DNA of 64,000 nucleotides from Halobacteriovoraceae bacterium (GTDB lineage Bacteria > Bdellovibrionota > Bacteriovoracia > Bacteriovoracales > Bacteriovoracaceae): the NCBI GenBank assembly GCA_963719505.1, contig CAVRCF010000005.1, forward strand, positions 256,001-320,000. Direction: 5' to 3'. The notes beneath the pieces are model-generated. The model was given only the letters and a program-made list of their open reading frames with translations. It had not been told where the DNA came from and did not search any database. Below are positions 38,357 to 48,135 of the stretch, one piece after another. A program made the translations under genes and the position numbers. Every line of letters begins with the position of its first letter. Positions within the stretch are counted from its first letter, which is position 1.

Positions 38357-39586
38357 CTAAAGAACTAGGTAAGGATTGATATTTTGACGAGTAATTTCTT
38401 TAACCATGACTGAGTTACCTGTTGCTTCGAAAAATCCAACAAGTGCCCCTTCATTTCTTTTTTGCTCTACATAGAAAGACTCAGCAAAGTTTTCTACTAA
38501 AGATTTAATCCAACCTGGGATTGGTAAGAACCCAAGTCCAACCTGACCGAGGTTTAAAAGAGATCTAAATCTTTTCACTTTATTTGGTTTTTCATAGTAG
38601 TAAGCTGTGGCCATCTTACCAGAGAGCATATGCTGGTTATTCATTAAGTTTTTAACAACTCTCTGACCATCTTCTACAGCTTCAACAAAACCGTAGTTGT
38701 ATCTTACAGGACTTGCCATTGTACCATTCATTGAGGCTTGTCTAATTTTGTTATTTCCAACTCTAACGACAGCAAAGAATTTATCTAAACCGTACATTTC
38801 CCAGTTATTAGCCGCTCTATTTGACTCTCCATAAGAGATAGCACCAATTCTTGACTCATAGATTGATGAGAACACTCTGTTAACATCACTCTCACTCATA
38901 CCAAGCTTTGTTTCAAAGTTTTGAAGGTAATGAAGAAGCATATTTTGGTGAAATTGTCTTTGCTCTAGGACAAGATCGTGAACTTTAACGATAACAAAAG
39001 AAGCTAGGTTTAAAACTGGAATATTTCCAAATTTTTTCTTAGCAAAATTAAGAGCTCTTGTTACCACTTCATACGTTACCGTCTTTCTGTAGAAGTATCT
39101 TGCATCTGTTGGATCAGCAACAATTGAAAGATCGAGCATCTTAAGAGCTTTTTTAAGATCAAATTCAAATGCCTTGAGAACATTATGTTGTTGAATATCA
39201 GCGAAAGCCTTATCAACATTAATCATTGGAAGATTCTCTAGGGACTCTCTCACGACCTTTGCATTTTCATAAGCCTCATCAGACTTATTTGAATTTTCAA
39301 CCATGTAATCAACGAAGGCATCTAATTCTGCAGAAGTTTCTGATTTGTCTCTGCTTTGAATTCTTGCGATCTCTTCTTTGAGATCATTTTTGATTTGAAC
39401 AAGATAAGGCGCAATTGAGAAGCTCGATAAGAACTTCATCTTAACCGCGGTCACTTCACCTTGGTCATTTTTTACGATTTTGAATCTCTTGTTGAATCCG
39501 TCCATTGTTTGAGTTGGTGTAGACGCACCAAATGCTGCTTGTAAACTTAACCCTAATATTAAAAAGACTATCCATGTCCTCTTCAT
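38357..39586 (-). CDS. Secreted hypothetical protein
   Basis: AGGAGG ribosome-binding site, signal peptide, 409 aa. Confidence 0.8.
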   Translation of the reverse strand: MKRTWIVFLILGLSLQAAFGASTPTQTMDGFNKRFKIVKNDQGEVTAVKMKFLSSFSIAPYLVQIKNDLKEEIARIQSRDKSETSAELDAFVDYMVENSNKSDEAYENAKVVRESLENLPMINVDKAFADIQQHNVLKAFEFDLKKALKMLDLSIVADPTDARYFYRKTVTYEVVTRALNFAKKKFGNIPVLNLASFVIVKVHDLVLEQRQFHQNMLLHYLQNFETKLGMSESDVNRVFSSIYESRIGAISYGESNRAANNWEMYGLDKFFAVVRVGNNKIRQASMNGTMASPVRYNYGFVEAVEDGQRVVKNLMNNQHMLSGKMATAYYYEKPNKVKRFRSLLNLGQVGLGFLPIPGWIKSLVENFAESFYVEQKRNEGALVGFFEATGNSVMVKEITRQNINPYLVL

Positions 39587-39733
39587 AATCTACCTCCTAT
39601 CCGTGGAAATTATATAAAAGTTATTAATTTATACTAGGGAGTTTGAGATAGATTTACTAAGTAATTTTTAAAGATGTAAGAATATATTATATACCTTGCT
39701 TGCACCAAATACCCGTCTATATTACATTGCTTT

Positions 39734-40609
39734 ATGCGTTTTTTAACCCTTGCGTCCCTTTTCTTATCTCTGTCTGCTGTGGCTTTATTTCACCTTCCTG
39801 AGAGTAGAACCTACATCCCCAGAGTTGATATAGGTTATGAACAATACAATACCCCATCGCTTCATTTTAAGTCTCAATACGTTCTTACCTTTGACGATGG
39901 ACCTCACCCGATAAACACGCCAAAGATTTTAGATATCTTAAAAGAATATAATGTTAAGGCCACTTTCTTTGTTCTAACGCATAAACTTAAAAGAAGTAAT
40001 CTGGCCCTTATAAAAAGAATACTTGATGAAGGACATATTGTATCAAGCCACGATCATATTCATGATCACAATAATAGAATCGACAAAGAGACATTTAAAA
40101 AGAAAATGACCATGTCATTTTTAAAGCTTAAAGAATATTACGAATTAGCTGGTCATGAGATGACGACATTCTATTTTAGATTTCCCTACGCTGAGTACGG
40201 CGGAAGATCTGACTACCATCATATTAATGTCCTCAAAGAAGTCTCTGATGAGCTTTTTGGTAAGAACTGTATTCACTTTGCCTTTTGGGATATCGATTCA
40301 GGTGACTGGATACCAAACCTTACACCGACAGAGGTTTATAAAAACATAAGAGCCCATCATATCGGTGGAGAGTATACAACTTATAGAACCACCAGAGACT
40401 CAAGAGGAAGACAAGTTATCTTAAAAAAGAAAGCCTATGTCGATAAACCTACTGAGGGAGGGGTGATCCTTCAACACGATATTCAAACGCGAAGTATTGA
40501 GGGCACCAGACAATTTTTGCAATACGCACTTGAAAACCAGATTAAAATTGTCAGAATGGATGATGTGGATGAGTTCTCTTATAAGGGACTTGGTTGCTCG
40601 TTCAAGTAA
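39734..40609 (+). CDS. Secreted polysaccharide/peptidoglycan deacetylase (NodB/CE4)
   Basis: LTFDDGP, SHDHIH, FRFPY, DSGDW and ILQHD. Confidence 0.92.
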   Translation: MRFLTLASLFLSLSAVALFHLPESRTYIPRVDIGYEQYNTPSLHFKSQYVLTFDDGPHPINTPKILDILKEYNVKATFFVLTHKLKRSNLALIKRILDEGHIVSSHDHIHDHNNRIDKETFKKKMTMSFLKLKEYYELAGHEMTTFYFRFPYAEYGGRSDYHHINVLKEVSDELFGKNCIHFAFWDIDSGDWIPNLTPTEVYKNIRAHHIGGEYTTYRTTRDSRGRQVILKKKAYVDKPTEGGVILQHDIQTRSIEGTRQFLQYALENQIKIVRMDDVDEFSYKGLGCSFK

Positions 40610-40670
40610 AAAAGAACATTACTCAATTGGAACAATGTTAAACATATTACTGACTAATATCATTCTGAAT

Positions 40671-41306
40671 CTATTCACAGAGTTCTGTTAGTGATCTCTT
40701 TTCCCTTCTTAATTGCATTACTCTTGGTGGAGTACCTGTTCCTGCAAGTTGGTCATTAAACTTAATATTTGCTTGAATTCTTATTCTTGTATTTAATATT
40801 TGTGACTTAAAGCTTTTTCTCAACCTATTAACTCTATTAAAATTGGCATCACCCTTTCCACCTTGTGCAAATGCACAACTCAGTGCCTCACCCAATAAGT
40901 TTGAAATCTTTCTAGATAATTCTCTGTTCTCAGCATTGATTAAGGCTTGTTGGGAGGCTTTAAACATTTGCTTGAACGCCTTTCTTTCTTCAGGACTTTC
41001 ACTAACATTGCTGTTTATCCAAAGCTCCACATCATCTCTAACTCCATCACCGTCTACGTCGACTCCAAGTAAAGTTGAATCGTTGACTTCCTTATCAGGC
41101 ATCGGAGGAATAACGTCTCCATCGTCAATTATAGGGAGACTATCAGTCGCTTTTGCCCCATCAAGAGCATTTGCACATGGGCTAGCACATTTTTTATGGG
41201 TCACTTTAAGTTTTGCAATTGGACTTTTTTCTTTATCCTTTTTTCTGCTATCAGCAAATGAGGAGTCTAGTAGTAAAAAAATAAATATTAATAAAAATTT
41301 TTTCAT
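40671..41306 (-). CDS. Secreted orphan GVRDD-domain protein B3
   Basis: ATG at 41306 (MKKFLL); PPMPDKEVNDSTLLGVDVDGDGVRDDVE; closely resembles the C-terminus of 44227..46755. Confidence 0.85.
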   Translation of the reverse strand: MKKFLLIFIFLLLDSSFADSRKKDKEKSPIAKLKVTHKKCASPCANALDGAKATDSLPIIDDGDVIPPMPDKEVNDSTLLGVDVDGDGVRDDVELWINSNVSESPEERKAFKQMFKASQQALINAENRELSRKISNLLGEALSCAFAQGGKGDANFNRVNRLRKSFKSQILNTRIRIQANIKFNDQLAGTGTPPRVMQLRREKRSLTELCE

Positions 41307-41503
41307 TAAGATCCCTAGGAAATATTTGATCGAATATCTGTTCGGCAAAAAATATGATAAAAGTGAGGACCAAATTCAAATAAAACTTGAAAGGTCTGGT
41401 ATAGTTAGCCAAACTCTGTCATTGATCTTTTCTTAATTCTTAATCCACAAAAAAATTTGAATTATTATTGGGACACAATTTGTTGTCACTTGATAGTATG
41501 ATC

Positions 41504-41713
41504 CTAGTCTTCTATGCCTTCATCTTGATCTTGCCCTTTAGACTTATACTTTCTATAAAATGCCTCTTTTCGATCTTCTATTTCAAGCCTTTTCTCTTCA
41601 AGCATCTGATTGGTATACCTAATCATTTCTGAAGAATTCTCCTGCTGATCTGTTTCAGATCCTAAAGCACTAAATGTTGTTATGACTAGTAGTAAACAAA
41701 TAAGTTTGATCAT
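41504..41713 (-). CDS. Small secreted hypothetical protein within cassette 2
   Basis: AGGAG ribosome-binding site, signal peptide, 69 aa. Confidence 0.65.
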   Translation of the reverse strand: MIKLICLLLVITTFSALGSETDQQENSSEMIRYTNQMLEEKRLEIEDRKEAFYRKYKSKGQDQDEGIED

Positions 41714-41738
41714 AAATTCTCCTTTTGATATTTTTATA

Positions 41739-43667
41739 TTAATATCTGCAAGTACCGTTAGTTAAAAATTCACCGAAACCTTTTTCTGATGAGAAACAAA
41801 AATTCTGAAAAACTAGATCTGAAGTGCTAAGGGTCCATGTAATGTCACCAATTATCTGAAAACGACCTTCAATAACTGCATTCTCAATTCTTGAAGAAGG
41901 AGAAAGGAAGGACCTGTATGTCTGCCCTGAATAGCCTCTGACAAAGGAAGATTTAACGCTACCTGAAATATCAACATTTCCTTGCAGCGTACTATCAAAT
42001 ACAGATCCATTTTTTATATGAAGAACATAGTAGTTCCCACTAGTTGCAAGTCTATCAGTATAACCAAAACTAGTAATAGTAGAAAAATCAACTTTTCCAC
42101 TTTGAAAAAGTGGTCGTCCAGTTATAGTTGATACGAGAAATTTAGTGCCAATTGTAGCGCTAAGAAGTTCATCTCCATTGGACAAAAGAACTTTAGCCGA
42201 ATCTCCATTATATGTAGTAGAAACTAATTCTGAGTCCTGTATATAGGCTCTACCTCTAACGGAGGAGAAAGCAGAAAGATCAGACTCAATGACAGTTACC
42301 GACGCCTCAGCAAAATCGGCTTGAGAAAGAATTGAATTATCAATATATATAGATGCATCTGAAGAGTTCATCGGCTCTATAAAAGAATCTGAGATTGACG
42401 AGTCCTGGACGACGAAGCTTGAACCTTCAACTGGATCACCAGTGGCACATGCAAACAATTCTTCAACAAGAGACAAGTTGTCCTCACTTGATTTTATCTC
42501 AACAAACGAGCATCTATTTCCAATGCCAGAATTTTCGAAAATCACATTACCTGAAATATTTCCATTATCCGTATCGATGAATGAATCACCACAAACTCTT
42601 GCACCATTAGCTATAACGAAATCTGGGTCAACATCAGCATCAGGCGAAATATAGCCACCGTCTTTTGTTTCAAAAGCAAAATCTACTTCTTCTCCATCGT
42701 TATTACAGTCATCAACACCCTTACCAAGTCTACTGGACAAGTCTACTAATTTTTGAAATAAGGAATTTCTAAGATTGACTAAATCACCGACAGGAAAACC
42801 AGAAATATAAGTTGAAATAAAACTGTGGTTGTTTTTTGAGTCTTTCAACCCTCTAGGATCCGGAATTCCTGGTTGTGCCATCAAAAAATTTGGTGTTAGA
42901 CTGAAAGGAACTTTTGAAATTTTATCTAGCGTGTTAGTGATATATTCATTTTCTTCAATTTCGATTTCACTAGCTGGAGTTGCTACTTGGAGGTTTCCGA
43001 GTCTTCTTTTAAAATCATTGATTCTAAGATTTTTTTCTGAATCAATAATTGCATTGAACTCACTCAATTCTTGATATGCCACATTTACGAAGAGATTACC
43101 TTGGGAATGCGAAATAAGAATTAAATTTTTATCTTCTTTTAGTGTTTTTCTTATAGCATTCTGTAAGTCACTTACGACACCAACGGTTGAATTATAAAGC
43201 CTTCTAAAGGCACTCGCTCTATCAAAAACGTCTAGCACATCTTGAGCGTCCTTACCACTTCTAAATTTACCATCAGTGTAAATAAAACCAAACTGATAAA
43301 TTGTTTGGTAGACTGAACTCCAAGCCTGGTTAACGCTTAATGATTCATTCTCATCTAAAAGAAGTAAAACAAGTGATTCCATATAGTCAGGTAGAGCTGC
43401 TCCATCTGAATCGACGCCAAATGTACGATTAAATACATTCTTTACGTCAACTATACCTTTTGAATCGACTTTCCTAAAAAACTCATTACTACTTATTAGT
43501 TCCTCCAACCTCAACCTAGAAATGTCAGCGTCGTCTTTTTCATTCTCTTGACCATTTACATAAATTATTTCTGTGCCCTCCCCAGAGTTATATAGTTGTC
43601 TCTTCTCAACATTTAATTGTGCAACACAGATAGATGGTAATATTAACACTATAAATAGAAACCTCAT
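41739..43667 (-). CDS. Secreted alpha/beta-hydrolase (lipase-like) C2 with beta-helix-like C-terminus
   Basis: ATG at 43667 (MRFLF) after GAGG; YVNG, ISHSQG, LDKI and NHSF; C-terminal hexapeptide-like repeats. Confidence 0.8.
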   Translation of the reverse strand: MRFLFIVLILPSICVAQLNVEKRQLYNSGEGTEIIYVNGQENEKDDADISRLRLEELISSNEFFRKVDSKGIVDVKNVFNRTFGVDSDGAALPDYMESLVLLLLDENESLSVNQAWSSVYQTIYQFGFIYTDGKFRSGKDAQDVLDVFDRASAFRRLYNSTVGVVSDLQNAIRKTLKEDKNLILISHSQGNLFVNVAYQELSEFNAIIDSEKNLRINDFKRRLGNLQVATPASEIEIEENEYITNTLDKISKVPFSLTPNFLMAQPGIPDPRGLKDSKNNHSFISTYISGFPVGDLVNLRNSLFQKLVDLSSRLGKGVDDCNNDGEEVDFAFETKDGGYISPDADVDPDFVIANGARVCGDSFIDTDNGNISGNVIFENSGIGNRCSFVEIKSSEDNLSLVEELFACATGDPVEGSSFVVQDSSISDSFIEPMNSSDASIYIDNSILSQADFAEASVTVIESDLSAFSSVRGRAYIQDSELVSTTYNGDSAKVLLSNGDELLSATIGTKFLVSTITGRPLFQSGKVDFSTITSFGYTDRLATSGNYYVLHIKNGSVFDSTLQGNVDISGSVKSSFVRGYSGQTYRSFLSPSSRIENAVIEGRFQIIGDITWTLSTSDLVFQNFCFSSEKGFGEFLTNGTCRY

Positions 43668-43687
43668 ACGTACCTCTTTTTGTTCAA

Positions 43688-44215
43688 TTACAGTTGGCTT
43701 ATTTTGTCGCAAGCTTTTATTCTAGTCTTAATCTTAGACTCGACTCTAAAAAAGTCTGGATGCCCACTAGTTCCAGAGAGTTGATTGTTATAAATTATAT
43801 TCGCTCTAATTCTTTCTTTTGAGTTTAAAATCAAAGCCTTTTGCTTCTTTAGAATTGATTGCATTTTATACCATCCCTGATCTCCTTCAAAGTAGGTCGA
43901 TAGGCAATTTAAGGATCGATCCCACTCATGAGAGTTTATGAGTGACTTGTTTTTACTTCTATGCTCAATTAAACCTTTAAACCGCGCTGTCGCCATCTGA
44001 GTCAATGCATTTTTAATATTTTCACTTTGATCAGAGCCCTGGATAAACTCGTCTACATCGTCTCTAACGCCATTCTTATTTAGATCTTGACCTAGCAGGT
44101 TTTCAGAGTTTAGATTCGTTTTTTTTTCAGTCTTAACTTGATTATGTATCGATTTTTTATCACAACCAACAACCACCAAAAGCAGCAAGAGAATTGAATT
44201 ATAAATTAACTTCAT
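43688..44215 (-). CDS. Lipoprotein B2, stand-alone GVRDD domain
   Basis: Lipobox VVGC; LLGQDLNKNGVRDDVD. Confidence 0.85.
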   Translation of the reverse strand: MKLIYNSILLLLLVVVGCDKKSIHNQVKTEKKTNLNSENLLGQDLNKNGVRDDVDEFIQGSDQSENIKNALTQMATARFKGLIEHRSKNKSLINSHEWDRSLNCLSTYFEGDQGWYKMQSILKKQKALILNSKERIRANIIYNNQLSGTSGHPDFFRVESKIKTRIKACDKISQL

Positions 44216-44226
44216 CTTTATCCTTT

Positions 44227-46755
44227 TTATTGATCAAAGTTACACAAAGATAACTCGCGAGAAGATTTTTTAGCCGCAATTACTCTTTCAGATGTCCCAA
44301 CTCCATGTAAATGATCATTATACTTAATATTTGCAAGTATTCTGTTTTTGGTATTCAAGAACACAGCCTTTTGCTCCTTAAAAGCCCTATAAAAAAGAGA
44401 TGTATCTAGTTCATCGGCTTTAACTTGCGCATATGCACAAACCAATGCCTCTTCTAGTCTGCGTGATTGTTCAATAGAAGCCAGTTTATCAGAGCTGACC
44501 TCAAGAGCAACCGCTCTCACTTTTGCAATCTCTTTGAATGCTTTTCTCTGCTTTTCACTATTTTCAAATTTATTGTTTATCCAAAGCTCAACATCATCTC
44601 TCACGCCGTCGTTATCAGAGTCAATACCGGCTATTGTAGAGTCGTTTATTTCTTTGTTTGGTATCGGCGGTATGAGGTCTCCATCTATCTGCGTTCTTAT
44701 AACCTCGAGATTAATTATCTTGGGCTTTGAGATGAATCCAAAAATATCTCTAATCTTGTACTCTACACTCCAAGAACCAAATTTATCGAGCTGAAAACTT
44801 GAAAAATTTTCTACAAATTCTAAGTTAATTTCACTTCCAGATTCATGGGTAGCCTTTAAAATATGTGTAATATCTTTTGAAGGCATTGAACTTATCTCAG
44901 TGACGTTTATTGTCTTAGGGTCACTTGATGCCGGTTGTAAAGTAAAGTTGGCAACAGGCTCAAAACTCCCCCAGTCAATAAAGTATGAAAAGCTGTAAGG
45001 CTCAGAAGCATTTCCGTCATTGTCGGTCGCTACAACTGTGAAATTATAAGTTCCTTTCTTTGGAAATCTAAATTCTTTTGCTATATTGCTAAAATCAACA
45101 TTTAGGGCTTGAATTTGAGTACCGTCTTCATGCTCGGCTTTTGTATAGCTATAACTAACAACCTCACCAAACTTATCTTCGAATCCAGTGTAGATATATT
45201 GAATTCTTGGATCGTGACCGCTGATATCGATATCGTTAAAGATTGCGACAGGAATAAAGCCCTCTTTAGTCCAAGTGTTCTCTTCTGTTATTATTAAGAC
45301 ATCTGATTTGTTTCCATCTTCGTCGATACCATAGAATTCATATGTCCAAAGTCCTGGTTTAGTAAGTTCTACCCCACTATCTCTTACAGATGAGTCTTGG
45401 AATAGCGCTAATGAATCTCCATCTTCATGAGTTGCTGAATATACAAACTGTGTTATTGGTTTACTTGAACTGAAGAATGCACCAAAGTATTTAATGTTTG
45501 GGAAATTTTCATCTGTGGCGAGATAGTAGTCAACCAGCTTTGGCGATATTCCATCACCATCGAATCTAATATCCACAACGTCTCCAAGGGCAAATTGGTC
45601 TGTGGAGTCAAAAGCTCTTACCGTTAGTCTATAATCTTTATTAGCTTCAGGAACAGCAATTGTGTACTTGTCCTCAGTTGTATAGTGATCAATAAATATC
45701 TCAACTTCATTTTCTGGACTAAAAGAATACAAAACATATCTGAATAGCGATGCCTTACCATCTTCAAAGTCAGAACTAGCACTTGCATCAATGAGAAAAT
45801 GCCCATTAAGACCTTCCACTTGGGTAACGTTAAAGAGCGTTATCGGTGTCGCATTAGTTATTTGAACGACACGCTTCTCACTCAAAGACTTATTGCCGGC
45901 ACTATCTTCAATTTCAACTTGAATTTCGAATGTTCCAGACTCTTGAAAAGCGACATTTTCTCCTGAATATTCGGAAGTAAACCTATTTATTTCAAGACCG
46001 TCTTTTAGTGAGATATAAGTGAAGCTTACTATGTCCCCCGCGTCGGAAGTTGATCCTGACGCATCAACGCTAACAAAGCCAAGGTTTTGATCATGCTGAA
46101 CCTGTATGTCTGCGAGAATGTTTATTAATTTTTCTTTTTTCTCGAAAACTCCATAACCGTAAGTTGAGTAAAGTTTTATTTTTTTCTTATTCTTTTTATT
46201 ATTCTTATTTTTTTCATAAATAAATTTGAAATACGCTTTATACTCACCAACTGGAATTGAAGAAATATCAATCAAAGCTACAATATCTTCGCCCTCTAAA
46301 GTGGTCTCAACGGTATGTGTCTTGGAAAATATACTTCCTAGCTTGTAATAAATCTTTCTTACCAGGTACTTATCTTTCTTGCTATCAAGCCTCAATTTTA
46401 ATTCATTTTCGTTACTTGATTCAAGTTCAATAACTTGAATCTTGCCGAACAGTTTATTCACTAACTTCTTTAGAAAACTCTTTTTCTCTTCTAGATATGC
46501 TTTTTTAATAAATTTCGACTGATCAGCATAAATATAGTGACTAATTTTCTTTCCTCTTTTAAGCATATTCATATGATCAAATTTATTTTCTTTTTTATTG
46601 GATGCACGGGTCTTCTGACCTCTATACTTCATCATATTTTTGTTCTTATATTTTTTTATCATTTCACTTTTATAAGATGGGCTTTTATATTTTGAAGATT
46701 GACTGAAAGCCACAAGTGAAAATAATGATAAAAATAAAACAATAAATAGTTTCAT
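44227..46755 (-). CDS. Secreted surface protein A2, paralog of 7176..9656 with a different C-terminal third
   Basis: Colinear with A1 to aa 596, divergent afterwards; C-terminal GIDSDNDGVRDDVE. Confidence 0.88.
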   Translation of the reverse strand: MKLFIVLFLSLFSLVAFSQSSKYKSPSYKSEMIKKYKNKNMMKYRGQKTRASNKKENKFDHMNMLKRGKKISHYIYADQSKFIKKAYLEEKKSFLKKLVNKLFGKIQVIELESSNENELKLRLDSKKDKYLVRKIYYKLGSIFSKTHTVETTLEGEDIVALIDISSIPVGEYKAYFKFIYEKNKNNKKNKKKIKLYSTYGYGVFEKKEKLINILADIQVQHDQNLGFVSVDASGSTSDAGDIVSFTYISLKDGLEINRFTSEYSGENVAFQESGTFEIQVEIEDSAGNKSLSEKRVVQITNATPITLFNVTQVEGLNGHFLIDASASSDFEDGKASLFRYVLYSFSPENEVEIFIDHYTTEDKYTIAVPEANKDYRLTVRAFDSTDQFALGDVVDIRFDGDGISPKLVDYYLATDENFPNIKYFGAFFSSSKPITQFVYSATHEDGDSLALFQDSSVRDSGVELTKPGLWTYEFYGIDEDGNKSDVLIITEENTWTKEGFIPVAIFNDIDISGHDPRIQYIYTGFEDKFGEVVSYSYTKAEHEDGTQIQALNVDFSNIAKEFRFPKKGTYNFTVVATDNDGNASEPYSFSYFIDWGSFEPVANFTLQPASSDPKTINVTEISSMPSKDITHILKATHESGSEINLEFVENFSSFQLDKFGSWSVEYKIRDIFGFISKPKIINLEVIRTQIDGDLIPPIPNKEINDSTIAGIDSDNDGVRDDVELWINNKFENSEKQRKAFKEIAKVRAVALEVSSDKLASIEQSRRLEEALVCAYAQVKADELDTSLFYRAFKEQKAVFLNTKNRILANIKYNDHLHGVGTSERVIAAKKSSRELSLCNFDQ

Positions 46756-47010
46756 ACAAACCTCAAAAAGATAGTTGATTGGTTAAAAATAGTATCGGAG
46801 AAAGCAAGAAAATTACGGAGTAAAGATTTCTTAATGCTCTATCAAAAACTCCTTAACATCTTTAAACAGGGGCTAAACACAATAAATTAATTATAGTTAA
46901 GGGTGCGATAAAACTTGAAGAACCAGATATTCGACAAAAATAAGTGGCAATTACTGCTTTGATCAGTGATCATTTGTTATATTTAGAGTAAGTAAAGAGA
47001 TATTCACGAG
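44969..47010 (-). repeat. ~2.04-kb inverted repeat, copy 2
   Basis: Reverse complement of 6922..8962. Confidence 0.95.
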
Positions 47011-47145
47011 AGTCCATAATAAAGGAATGTTCAATTTAGTTCACCTTAAAGGAAAAACGAGCTTTAAGAATTACACAACAGATCAACAAATTGATCTATG
47101 ATCATTTTAACAAAAGGAAATCAATCCTCGTTCACCGTGAACTAG

Positions 47146-47568
47146 TTAGTTTTTCTTACTAGGCTTTGCGGTGACAATTTTATTTTTCAAAAGAACACTT
47201 TTAAATCTTTCAACATCAAAGGGCTTAGCTAGGACAGAAGTTACTCCAAGCTCTTTTGCCTCTTTTACATCTTCAACTGATAAAGCTCCCGACATCAACA
47301 TGATCTTTGTTTCATCAGCCGGGTTTAGTCGACGTATTTGACGAATAAGATCGAAGCAACCAAGCCTTGGCATTTTTAGATCTGTTAGAATGATATCAAA
47401 TTTTTGGTTGGCAAGTTTCATAAGAGCTTCTTTACCATCAACCGCTCCGACGATAAACCCAAAGACTTCGAGGGATTGGAGCATATGAATTAAGATATCA
47501 CGTAACTTTTCTTCATCTTCAACTATAAGGGCGGACAGCTGCTGGCCTTTTATCGTTTTTAATTCCAT
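47146..47568 (-). CDS. Single-domain response regulator (CheY-like)
   Basis: IVEDE, TDLKMP, MSG and KPF. Confidence 0.9.
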   Translation of the reverse strand: MELKTIKGQQLSALIVEDEEKLRDILIHMLQSLEVFGFIVGAVDGKEALMKLANQKFDIILTDLKMPRLGCFDLIRQIRRLNPADETKIMLMSGALSVEDVKEAKELGVTSVLAKPFDVERFKSVLLKNKIVTAKPSKKN

Positions 47569-47710
47569 GCGTCATGGTAAGTCATTTCTTAGATTTTCCA
47601 AAACACTATTTAATTTTTTTTAAGGTTTACTTGTTAAGTCTCTAAAATTACTAAAAAATTAGTGTTGTTTATTGATAAAGTAATGAAGTCTTTAAAATAA
47701 ATAATTTTGA

Positions 47711-48115
47711 TCAATTAATATTAATGCCAACAATATGAATGGCCACTGGCCCTTTTGGACCCTCTCCTATTTCAAACTCAACGAGATCATCATCGTAAAT
47801 TTCAAATCCGCCTAGTGCACTTTCGTGAAAAAACAAATCATCCATATCTAACTTGGGCTTAATGAACCCAAATCCTTTCTCGGGATCAAAAAATTTTATT
47901 CGTCCTTCAAATTTCTCTGAAGGCGTTGAAACTTCTTCTTTAATCTCTCCCCATATGATTTCGTGAATGACATCAACCTTATCACCCTTATGAATTCTCT
48001 CTAGTTTCTCAATAACAGACGCTTTGGTCTGAGCATCGACCACCAAATCTTTTCTCTTTCTCTTTTTTGTTTTTAATGTGTCGTACTTTACTAATTCAAC
48101 AGTGAATTTTGTCAT
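47711..48115 (-). CDS. Cold-shock-domain protein with N-terminal extension
   Basis: RNP motifs KGFGFI and LFFH, plus GPKGP. Confidence 0.88.
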   Translation of the reverse strand: MTKFTVELVKYDTLKTKKRKRKDLVVDAQTKASVIEKLERIHKGDKVDVIHEIIWGEIKEEVSTPSEKFEGRIKFFDPEKGFGFIKPKLDMDDLFFHESALGGFEIYDDDLVEFEIGEGPKGPVAIHIVGININ

Positions 48116-48135
48116 GAGACCTCAACTTTTAAACA

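Noticed and set aside
40843-41436. 197-aa plus-strand ORF
   Set aside because: Antisense to the GVRDD-domain gene, which has paralogs and a signal peptide; no motifs of its own.
6922-47010. Site-specific shufflon or diversity-generating retroelement
   Set aside because: No invertase, tyrosine recombinase or reverse transcriptase in the window; differences between the copies are not adenine-specific and no short crossover repeats were found.
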